A DNA stretch of 47,058 nucleotides from Candidatus Zipacnadia bacterium (GTDB taxonomy: Bacteria; Armatimonadota; Zipacnadia; Zipacnadales; Zipacnadaceae). Numbering within the stretch: position 1 is the stretch's first letter; the number at the start of each line of letters is the position of its first letter. A program made the translations under genes and the position numbers. Location: assembly GCA_029821195.1 (NCBI GenBank), contig JALGTU010000003.1, forward strand, positions 1 to 47,058, written 5' to 3'. Shown here in pieces: positions 17,300 to 25,122 of the stretch. The notes beneath the pieces are model-generated. The model did not search any database, was not told the DNA's origin, and saw only the letters and a list, made by a program, of their open reading frames with translations.

Positions 17300-18514
17300 A
17301 TGATTGATATTGAACAAGCAATCGAGCAGGTAAGAGGTGCGCAGTTGCTCATCGTGGTGGACCAGGCCGACGACCACGGTACCGGTGACCTGGTGGTGGC
17401 GGCTGAGTATGCCACGCCCGAGCGGATCAACTTTATGATGCAGCACGCGCGCGGGCTGATGGGTGTGGCCATGACCAGTGAGCGGCTCGAGCAGCTCAAT
17501 CTGCCGCCGATGGTATCGGAGGCCACCGACAGCGGCCGCCCGGCCTTCGCGGTGTCAGTTGACGCCAAGCACGGCGTTGCCACCGGGGATTCCGCCGCCG
17601 ATCGCGCCACGACGATTCGCGCCCTGATTGATCCGGACACCCGGCCGGTGGACCTGGTCAGGCCCGGGCATATCTTCCCCATACGGGCGGCGGAGGGCGG
17701 GGTGCTGCGGCGCACCGGGCACACCGAGGCAGCCGTTGATCTGGCGCTTCTGGCCGGGTTGTACCCCGCTGGAGTGATATCCACGATTCTTGATGAACAG
17801 GGCCAGGCTGCGAATATGGATGAGCTGATTGCGTTCAGCCAGATCCATGGCATCGAAATCGTCTCCATTGTTCAGTTGATCGAGTATCGCCGGCGCACCG
17901 AGAAGCTTATCGAGGAGCAGGCCGAGGCCGAGTTGCCCAGCGAGTACGGCGATTTCCACCTGGTCATCTACAGCTCACTGCTGGATAACACCGACTATCT
18001 GGCGGTAACGAAAGGTGATCTGAAAAACTGCGATCGCCCGCCACTGGTGCGGGTTCACTCCGGCTGCGTGACCGGCGATGTGCTCGCTTCGCTGCGCTGC
18101 GACTGTGGCTGGCAGTTAGCGGCGGCTCTCCGAAAAATCGAGGAGGAAGGCTGTGGCGTGGTGGTCTATGTTGCCAGCCACGAGGGCCGTGGCATCGGCC
18201 TGGCGAACAAGATCAAGGCCTATCACCTCCAGGAGGAAGGCTACGATACGGTGGAGGCGAACGAGGCCTTAGGCTTCCCGGCGGATATGCGTGACTATGG
18301 CATCGGGGCACAAGTGCTGGCCGACCTGGGCATCACCGAGATGCGGCTGATGACCAACAATCCGCAGAAATACGCGGCCATGGAGGGTTACGGCCTCAGA
18401 GTAGTCGAGCGCGTACCGCTGGAGTCCTATCCAACCGAGTACAACAAGAAATATCTCCAGACCAAGAAGGAGAAAATGGGCCACCTGATCAGCTCGACTG
18501 AGAAAGACCGGTGA
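17300..18514 (+). CDS. ribBA: RibBA fusion: degenerate DHBP synthase domain plus GTP cyclohydrolase II
   Basis: N-domain keeps RPGHIFP and GHTEA. C-domain has RVHSGC..RCDCG, HEGRGIGL, RDYG and TNNP. Confidence 0.93.
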   Translation: MIDIEQAIEQVRGAQLLIVVDQADDHGTGDLVVAAEYATPERINFMMQHARGLMGVAMTSERLEQLNLPPMVSEATDSGRPAFAVSVDAKHGVATGDSAADRATTIRALIDPDTRPVDLVRPGHIFPIRAAEGGVLRRTGHTEAAVDLALLAGLYPAGVISTILDEQGQAANMDELIAFSQIHGIEIVSIVQLIEYRRRTEKLIEEQAEAELPSEYGDFHLVIYSSLLDNTDYLAVTKGDLKNCDRPPLVRVHSGCVTGDVLASLRCDCGWQLAAALRKIEEEGCGVVVYVASHEGRGIGLANKIKAYHLQEEGYDTVEANEALGFPADMRDYGIGAQVLADLGITEMRLMTNNPQKYAAMEGYGLRVVERVPLESYPTEYNKKYLQTKKEKMGHLISSTEKDR

Positions 18515-18541
18515 GGTGGCTCGGATAAAGGGGAGCGCACT

Positions 18542-19015
18542 ATGGCCAAGATAATCGAGGGCAACCTGGACGCGACCGGCCTGCGGTTCGGGGTAGTCGT
18601 CAGCCGGTACAACAGTTTCATTACCGAGCGGCTGATCGAGGGGGTAATGGATGGCCTGGTCCGGCACGGAGCGGATGAGGACGACACCACCATCGTCTAC
18701 GTGCCCGGGTCGTTCGAGATACCCATGATGTGCCTGAAAATGGCCCAGTCCGGTCAGTACGACGCCGTCATCGCAGTGGGGGCGGTAATCCGTGGCGCCA
18801 CTTCCCATTTTGACTTCGTGGCCGCCGAATGCGCCAAGGGCGTCGCCCAGGCCGGTATGCAGACCGGCGTGCCGGTTGTCTTTGGCGTACTCACCGCCGA
18901 TACCATCGAGCAGGCCATCGAGCGGGCCGGCACTAAGCTGCCCAACCGCGGCTTCGAAGCGGCCCTGAGTGCTATTGAGCAGGTCAACGCCCTCAAGACT
19001 CTAGCGGGGGAGTGA
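18542..19015 (+). CDS. ribH: 6,7-dimethyl-8-ribityllumazine synthase
   Basis: [25 protein letters not shown] and QAIERAG motifs. Confidence 0.96.
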   Translation: MAKIIEGNLDATGLRFGVVVSRYNSFITERLIEGVMDGLVRHGADEDDTTIVYVPGSFEIPMMCLKMAQSGQYDAVIAVGAVIRGATSHFDFVAAECAKGVAQAGMQTGVPVVFGVLTADTIEQAIERAGTKLPNRGFEAALSAIEQVNALKTLAGE

Positions 19016-19025
19016 GGAGAGCCTT

Positions 19026-20153
19026 ATGCAGAGCTCCCGAGGCTTGAGTCCGGCTTTTATTATACTGCTGGCTCTGATCTTCGGCCTGGCCGGCGGCGGG
19101 CTGGGCGCCTATGTCTATGTCAAATCGCTGCCCCCGCCGGCTGACGGCGACGGGGGCACGGTGACGATAAGGCCCCAGCCCATCAAGGTCGTCACCAGTG
19201 AAGATGCGGTGATTGAGGCCGTTAAGCGGGTCAGTCCCGGCGTGGTCAAGATCACCTCGACGCGGGTGGTCGAGCCCTCCAATCCCTTCGAGCTTTTCTT
19301 CGGGCTGCAACCTCGCGAGCAAGAGGGCATCGGGTCCGGCTTCATCTTTGAGTATGATGATGAGAAGCTGATTCTGACCAACATCCATGTGATCGGCGGG
19401 GCGGACCGGCTGGTGGTCAAGACGGTAGACGGCAAGGAATTTGAAGCCGAGAAGCTCGGTGCCGACCCCAGCCGCGACCTGGCAGTAATCAGGCCGATAG
19501 ATCCGCCCGATGACCTGGTTCCCTTGGCCCTGGGCAACTCGGAGGAGGTAAGTGTAGGGCAACGGGTTATCGCCGTCGGTAACCCTTTTGGCTTTGAGAA
19601 TACCGTGACTGACGGCATCATCAGTGCCCAGGGATGGCGCCAGATCAATGACAAGAGTCGTTACGTCATTCAGACGGACGCCGCGATCAACTCCGGCAAC
19701 AGTGGCGGGCCGCTGGTGGACCTGGGCGGCAACGTGATCGGCATCAATTTCGCCATCTTCAGCCCCACCAAGACCAGCCTGGGTATCGGCTTTGCTATCC
19801 CGGTCAACCAGGCCAAGGAGATGCTGTACTTCCTGGTCAACCGCGGCCCGTGGCTGGGTTTGCTAAACCTCCGCATCAATAGCCCCGGCTTGGCCAAATA
19901 CCTGGGCCTGCGCACCGATGCGGGCATAGTGGTATTGAATGTCGCCCAATTCGGCCCGGCGGCGCGGGCGGGTATCGAGCCGGGCGACGTGATAGTCGAA
20001 GTTGCCGGCCAGCCGGTAGCTACTCCCGATGACCTACAGAAACAGGTGCGCCGCCACAAGATTGGTGATACGATATCGCTGACCATACAAAGGCTCGACC
20101 AGCAGGAGGAAATCAAAGTCAAGGCGGGAAAGATTCCCGACGGCTACTACTGA
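19026..20153 (+). CDS. HtrA/DegQ-family serine protease with one PDZ domain
   Basis: N-terminal TM anchor, GSGF, TNIHVI, DLA and QTDAAINSGNSGGPL motifs; C-terminal PDZ. Confidence 0.93.
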   Translation: MQSSRGLSPAFIILLALIFGLAGGGLGAYVYVKSLPPPADGDGGTVTIRPQPIKVVTSEDAVIEAVKRVSPGVVKITSTRVVEPSNPFELFFGLQPREQEGIGSGFIFEYDDEKLILTNIHVIGGADRLVVKTVDGKEFEAEKLGADPSRDLAVIRPIDPPDDLVPLALGNSEEVSVGQRVIAVGNPFGFENTVTDGIISAQGWRQINDKSRYVIQTDAAINSGNSGGPLVDLGGNVIGINFAIFSPTKTSLGIGFAIPVNQAKEMLYFLVNRGPWLGLLNLRINSPGLAKYLGLRTDAGIVVLNVAQFGPAARAGIEPGDVIVEVAGQPVATPDDLQKQVRRHKIGDTISLTIQRLDQQEEIKVKAGKIPDGYY

Positions 20154-20200
20154 TTTGTGCGCAACGAGATCTTTACACTGAGAGGTAGGAGTGAAATTTC

Positions 20201-21334
20201 ATGCAGTATCGCGAGTATGGTAATACCGGCAAGATGGTATCGGCCCTGGGCTTTGGGGCGATGCGCCTGCCTGACGACGATGACTATGCTGTAGAGTGCA
20301 TGCGTCGCTACCTGGATCTGGGGGGCAACTTGATTGACTCGGCCTACGGTTACGGCGGTGGCCACAGCGAAGAGCTCGTCGGCCAGGCAATCAAGGGGCG
20401 GCGAGACGAGGTCTACATATCCACCAAGAACTCGGCGATGAAGAAGCGCGGAGACTACAATGCCGACCTGTGGAAGCAGTACATGGAGAAGAACTTCCGC
20501 GCGCTGGGCGTGGACCGGATTGATTTCTATCACGCCCACGATATGACCTGGGAGGAATTCACCGGGCCCTTCCAGGAGCCCGGCGGGGCGCTGGAGATGT
20601 GTCAGCAGGCGCTCGACGAGGGCATCATTGACCACCTCTGCTTCTCAAGCCACGATACACCTGAGAACATCATCAAGATGATTGACTCGGATCTGTTCGA
20701 TGGCATCCTGGTTCAATACAACATCCTCGACAGCCGCTCCGGTACAGGCGCCCACCAGGCCGGAGCCGGTAACGAGCCCGCGATCGCTCACGCCCGCGAA
20801 AAGGGCCTGGGCGTGCTGATTATGGGGCCGGTCGCCGGAGGACGGCTGGCAATGGCTGCCGAATCTGAGCAGTTCAAGGCCATGCTCACCGAGAGCACGG
20901 CGAGTGTCCCCGATCTGGCCATCCGCTATGTACTAGCGAATCCCGGCGTCTCTGCCGCCCTCTCCGGGATGAACACCATACAGATGGTCGAGGAGAACTG
21001 CGCCTCAGCCAGCCACGAGGAACCCCTCAGCGAGGCTGAGTACCGACAGATCCGCGAGATAGTACAGCGCAATGAAAAGCTGGCCGAACTGTACTGTACC
21101 GGCTGTGGCTACTGCCAGCCTTGCCCGCAGGGCGTGGCAATTCCCAAGATATTCGAGGCGATGAACTACCATCGCATCTGGGGCTTGACCGAGCATGCCA
21201 AGGAGCTTTATGGGAGACTCGGCGAGGCTAACGCTGAGGCGTGCGTGGAATGCGGGGAATGCGAGGAGAAGTGCCCCCAGGATATCTCCATAATCGAGCA
21301 ACTCAAAGAGAGCCACGCCGCCCTGAGCGAATAG
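20201..21334 (+). CDS. Aldo/keto reductase with C-terminal 4Fe-4S ferredoxin-like domain
   Basis: LGFGAMRLP, IDSAYGY and STK motifs; C-terminal CTGCGYCQPCP and CVECGECEEKCP. Confidence 0.92.
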   Translation: MQYREYGNTGKMVSALGFGAMRLPDDDDYAVECMRRYLDLGGNLIDSAYGYGGGHSEELVGQAIKGRRDEVYISTKNSAMKKRGDYNADLWKQYMEKNFRALGVDRIDFYHAHDMTWEEFTGPFQEPGGALEMCQQALDEGIIDHLCFSSHDTPENIIKMIDSDLFDGILVQYNILDSRSGTGAHQAGAGNEPAIAHAREKGLGVLIMGPVAGGRLAMAAESEQFKAMLTESTASVPDLAIRYVLANPGVSAALSGMNTIQMVEENCASASHEEPLSEAEYRQIREIVQRNEKLAELYCTGCGYCQPCPQGVAIPKIFEAMNYHRIWGLTEHAKELYGRLGEANAEACVECGECEEKCPQDISIIEQLKESHAALSE

Positions 21335-21340
21335 AGGGAT

Positions 21341-21360
21341 TCACCCCACGCTCGGGGTGA
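21341..21360. other. Short intergenic hairpin
   Basis: TCACCCC-acgctc-GGGGTGA between the two AKR genes; no U-tract. Confidence 0.35.
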
Positions 21361-21377
21361 TGCTCCCAAGGAGGAAA

Positions 21378-22385
21378 ATGATCGTGGAGTACGTCAATCT
21401 TGGTAACGCAGGAATGCAGGTTTCGCGACTTTGTCTGGGCTTTATGGACCTGCCCAACCGGGTCGAGGAAGACGAAGCGATCCGGGTCGTCCACCAGGCC
21501 CTGGACCGGGGCATAAACTTCATTGACTGTGCCGACGCCTATGGCAAAGGGTACGCCGAGGAGGTCCTGGGCCGTGCTCTTAAGGATCGGCGGGACGAGG
21601 CCATAATTGCCACGAAATTCTGGGTGAAGATGGGCCAGGGGCCCAATACCGGCGGCTGCTCGCGCGTGCACATCATCCAGGCGGCAGAAGACAGTCTCCG
21701 CCGGCTCCAGACCGACTACATTGACCTCTATCTGCTACACCATCCCGATCCCAAAACGCCGGTCGAAGAAACACTGGGCACGCTGGATACGCTGGTGAAG
21801 CAGGGCAAGGTGCGCCACATCGGAGTTGCCAACCACTATGCCTGGCAGGTAGCGCACATGCTCGGGGTCAGCGCTCTGCATAACTGGGAGCCGCTGGTCG
21901 CCCTTCAGTGCCGCTACAATATCCTCGACCGGGTCATCGAGAACGAAACGGTACCCTTCTGCGAACGCTTCAATATCGCGATAATGGCCTACGGTCCGCT
22001 ATGCGGCGGCATACTCACGGGCATATACAAGCGGGGCGAGCCGCTTCCGAAGGGTTCGCGGTTTGACCGCCTTAAAGACACAAGGGGAGAACTGGACGAC
22101 GAGGCTTTCGACATCCTCGATGAGTTGGTGAAGATTGCCGATAAGTACGACATCAGGCTAAATGAACTGGCCTACGCGTGGATACTATCCAAGCCCTACG
22201 CGACCACCCCGCTGATCGGGGGCAGCCGCGCTGAGCACTACGAGCAGGTCTGGGATACGCTGGACATCGAGATAGACGCCGAGGACCTGGCGCGCATTGA
22301 CGAGATATCCGAAAATCGCCGCTATCGCCCCTTCGCCAACCAGCCCGTCACGGACGGGCCCCGCCCCGGGCTTAGTTGGTGGTAG
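21378..22385 (+). CDS. Aldo/keto reductase
   Basis: GINFIDCADAYG, IATK and SLRRLQTDYIDLYLLH motifs. AGGAGG RBS; start is ATG 21378 or GTG 21384. Confidence 0.92.
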   Translation: MIVEYVNLGNAGMQVSRLCLGFMDLPNRVEEDEAIRVVHQALDRGINFIDCADAYGKGYAEEVLGRALKDRRDEAIIATKFWVKMGQGPNTGGCSRVHIIQAAEDSLRRLQTDYIDLYLLHHPDPKTPVEETLGTLDTLVKQGKVRHIGVANHYAWQVAHMLGVSALHNWEPLVALQCRYNILDRVIENETVPFCERFNIAIMAYGPLCGGILTGIYKRGEPLPKGSRFDRLKDTRGELDDEAFDILDELVKIADKYDIRLNELAYAWILSKPYATTPLIGGSRAEHYEQVWDTLDIEIDAEDLARIDEISENRRYRPFANQPVTDGPRPGLSWW

Positions 22386-22406
22386 GGGTCTGCTATTCCT
22401 AATACC

Positions 22407-22560
22407 GTAGGAGCGACATTCTTGTCGCGACAGGCTTCCGCGTACCCTAGCAGGCTCGGGCCTGCGAGGGCAGGAATGTCGCCCCTGCATAGCCAAGAGC
22501 GGCCCCCCCCGCCCGGCATTGCGGGACCGGTAACCCGACAGGCGAGACGCCTGTCGTACC
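22407..22560. repeat. REP cluster: family C doublet plus a family B copy
   Basis: GTAGGAGCGACATTCTTGTCGCGA (22407-22430), an inverted partial copy CAGGAATGTCGCCCCTGC (22471-22488), and GACAGGCGAGACGCCTGTCGTACC (22537-22560). Confidence 0.8.
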
Positions 22561-22573
22561 GGATCGTCTCTTG

Positions 22574-23980
22574 CTATTGCTTCCCGCAGACTCCGCTCGC
22601 CGACAGCACCTCGTCGCGCAGCTCGTCCAGCAGCCCCAGGTCGTAGGCCAGATCGAGGACTGTGTAGCGGTCGCGGAATCGCCGCGCAAAGGTGTAAGCG
22701 TTCAGCAGGTCTGCCTTACTTAGGCCCAGTTCAGCCCCTCTCAACGGCACACCCGCCTCCCGGAATATCCGCTTCAGCTCGCCCGACGAGGTGAACAGGG
22801 GAGCCAGCGTTTCCCAGAGGGCCGGCGGATTGGCTGTGACCAGCGCCAACTGGCGACGCAGCTCCTCGCCCTCGGCATGTTTGGCCACGGCAAATCGGGC
22901 TACTTCTTCGGCAGGTTCGGCCCCGATCAGCGGCGCGTAGTGCTCGCGAGTTTCGTGGGCAAAGTCCGGGGCGGGCACGCGGCGCGCCACTAGCTCATCC
23001 AGGTCAACCTCTGGTATGCGCGGCCAGAGCCGTTCATACAGCGTCGCGCAGATCAAGTCGCCGAGTGCGACCTGCAGCCCGTGGAGGTTACGCTCGCGAC
23101 GACAGGCCGGTGCGGTCATATCCCAGTAGTGCGACATCAGATGGCCGCCGCCCGAGCCCGGCGCGGACGTGCCGGCTATCTTCATCCCGACTCCCGCCAG
23201 GATCAGCCCGCCGGTCAGGACGGCCACTGCCTGCGGCTGGCCCCGCTTGATGTCCGCGGCCACCGCCCGGCAGTGCTGATCGGCCTGGTCCACCAGCGTA
23301 GCGATGTAGGAACAGAAATAATCACCCCTTAGCAGCGCAGCCAGCTTCCAGTCGGTGCTGCTCAGCGAGCGGGAGATCAGGTCGCCCACGCCGGCAGCTC
23401 GCATTTGTGCAGGCGCAGCGGCTAGTACATCAAGGTCCGCGACGACCGCGACCGGTGGTCTGGCGTCAATGGTATCCTTGATGGCGCCGGTCAGTAGCGC
23501 GACGATGCCCGAGGTGTAGCCGGTCATTGAGGGGGCGGTGGCGACGGCTACATAGGGGATGGCGAGCCGGGTAGCGGCCAACTTGCAGATATCGTTGATC
23601 GTTCCGCTGCCGACGGCGACCAGGTAGTCCGCATCGGCTGCTTGCTCCTGCACCAACTCGACCGGCGCATCAGTGGCCTCTACATCGGTTTGCCCTGGCG
23701 CCGGTGCGACGATGAGTGTCTCCAGGTTGCGCCCTGATTCCCGCATTGCGCGGCTGGTCAGCTCTCCAGCGGCCTGGTAGGTATTATCGTCGGCGACGAG
23801 CAGCCCTGTGCCGGTCAGCTCCTGCGCTGCCAGTACCTCGGGGAGCTGCGCCAGGACCCGTGTGCCCATCAGGACTTGCCGCGTGGAGGTTTCATGCACC
23901 CGTCCGCACGGACACTCCCGCCGGGCCCTCAGCAGTTCGTTGATGCTGTCTACCAGTTGCCGGTAACTGTCGGTGGCCAT
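22574..23980 (-). CDS. sn-glycerol-1-phosphate dehydrogenase family (AraM/EgsA-like)
   Basis: N-terminal CPCGRVH, VADDNT, AVGSGTINDICK, ATAPSMTGYTS, AGVGD, GSGGGHLMSHYW, LHG and RDRYTVL motifs. Confidence 0.82.
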   Translation of the reverse strand: MATDSYRQLVDSINELLRARRECPCGRVHETSTRQVLMGTRVLAQLPEVLAAQELTGTGLLVADDNTYQAAGELTSRAMRESGRNLETLIVAPAPGQTDVEATDAPVELVQEQAADADYLVAVGSGTINDICKLAATRLAIPYVAVATAPSMTGYTSGIVALLTGAIKDTIDARPPVAVVADLDVLAAAPAQMRAAGVGDLISRSLSSTDWKLAALLRGDYFCSYIATLVDQADQHCRAVAADIKRGQPQAVAVLTGGLILAGVGMKIAGTSAPGSGGGHLMSHYWDMTAPACRRERNLHGLQVALGDLICATLYERLWPRIPEVDLDELVARRVPAPDFAHETREHYAPLIGAEPAEEVARFAVAKHAEGEELRRQLALVTANPPALWETLAPLFTSSGELKRIFREAGVPLRGAELGLSKADLLNAYTFARRFRDRYTVLDLAYDLGLLDELRDEVLSASGVCGKQ

Positions 23981-24019
23981 GAGTCATTCTCCTGCTCAAC
24001 GGGCTGCCGTAGTCTGGGA

Positions 24020-24952
24020 TCAAACAAAGCTGACTCGACCGGGCATTGCTGTGCCGTCAGGCTCCAGCCGCAGCCGGCCAAACTGTATCGCCTGGGCTGC
24101 CTGGGCTTCAGGTGGGGCCAGGATCGTCAAACGTTCGTTGCGGTAATCAATGCCACGCAGCAGGCCCAGAGCCAGCCCGAGGCGTTGCCCATCCAGCAAC
24201 CCCAGCAGAAGCCCCCGCCACTCCTCGGGACCATGCTCGCGCATGTTGCGCTCATCAGGCAGGTTGATTACTGCCTTGTCGGCCCAATCTATCTGCTGCA
24301 TCTCGCTGCCGCGCAGCCACTCGGCGAATAGCGCTTCCCGCCACCGGCCGCGCTGATCGCGAGACTTTTCCCCGCAGCATTCGGCGGCTGGGAGGTGGAG
24401 TGCTTTTATGCCTTCATCGGTGGCGAAGGGCCGGGTCAGGGGGGCCAGCCGAGCTGTTTCCCCCAGCGCTATCACCAGCACAGGAGCCAGCAGCTCGATC
24501 TTGGCTTTCTTGAGCGAGATGGCTCCCGGGCCGTCCACGTAGCCGCTGGTATCCACGACGACGGAATCGGCCCCGGCTGCTTCAGCGCGCTGTACCAGAC
24601 GAATGGTGCCCGCGACGCAGTCGGCCGGGTGGGGGGCCGGCGTCACCTCCCCCACAAAGCAAAACTCCCCGGAGTCAGCATCAGTGAAGCGCCAGCCCAC
24701 CGCGGCAGGTGGGCCAATGCGCGACTGGCCGACATCAGCGTCCACCACTGCCGTTCGGCTGTCTTCCGAGAGCTCCCGGGCCAGCCACCAGCACAGCGTG
24801 GACTTGCCGGTGTCAGTGGCCCCGAGGATGATCACGCGTTGCCATCCGCCGCGGACCTCGTGGAGGGGGCCCTCCCACTGGGCGGGGATCTCCAGGTCTT
24901 CGGGGAGTTGAGCGCGGCGCCACTTGTTGTCCGGAGATTCGGCAGTGGGCAT
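24020..24952 (-). CDS. Clp1/Nol9-like polynucleotide 5'-hydroxyl kinase
   Basis: Walker A GATDTGKST, DADVGQSRIGPP, VDTSG and an Arg-rich lid RDQRGRWRE. Confidence 0.85.
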   Translation of the reverse strand: MPTAESPDNKWRRAQLPEDLEIPAQWEGPLHEVRGGWQRVIILGATDTGKSTLCWWLARELSEDSRTAVVDADVGQSRIGPPAAVGWRFTDADSGEFCFVGEVTPAPHPADCVAGTIRLVQRAEAAGADSVVVDTSGYVDGPGAISLKKAKIELLAPVLVIALGETARLAPLTRPFATDEGIKALHLPAAECCGEKSRDQRGRWREALFAEWLRGSEMQQIDWADKAVINLPDERNMREHGPEEWRGLLLGLLDGQRLGLALGLLRGIDYRNERLTILAPPEAQAAQAIQFGRLRLEPDGTAMPGRVSFV

Positions 24953-24983
24953 CGGGTACCGTCGAACGGAAACTGGGGATTAA

Positions 24984-25118
24984 TTATTGTGTGGCGAATA
25001 TATCGCGCAGGGCCCGGGCGTTCTGGGAGGCATAGCCCTTGGCTACGTTCTCGGGATAGAAGTTGTCCCGCCAGTGTTGGTAGCTCCAGCCCGACGTCCC
25101 CACACGCCGCTGAGCCAT
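24984..25118 (-). pseudogene. DUF72 (YecE-like) gene with a large in-frame internal deletion, 44 aa
   Basis: MAQRRVGTSGWSYQHWRDNFYPE (DUF72 N-terminal motif) is joined directly to NVAKGYASQNARALRDIF (DUF72-like C-terminal helix). GGAGG RBS upstream. Confidence 0.75.
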
Positions 25119-25122
25119 TTAC

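Noticed and set aside
22407-22560. Repeats as a CRISPR array
   Set aside because: The copies are inverted and dispersed rather than regularly spaced direct repeats, and there are no cas genes.
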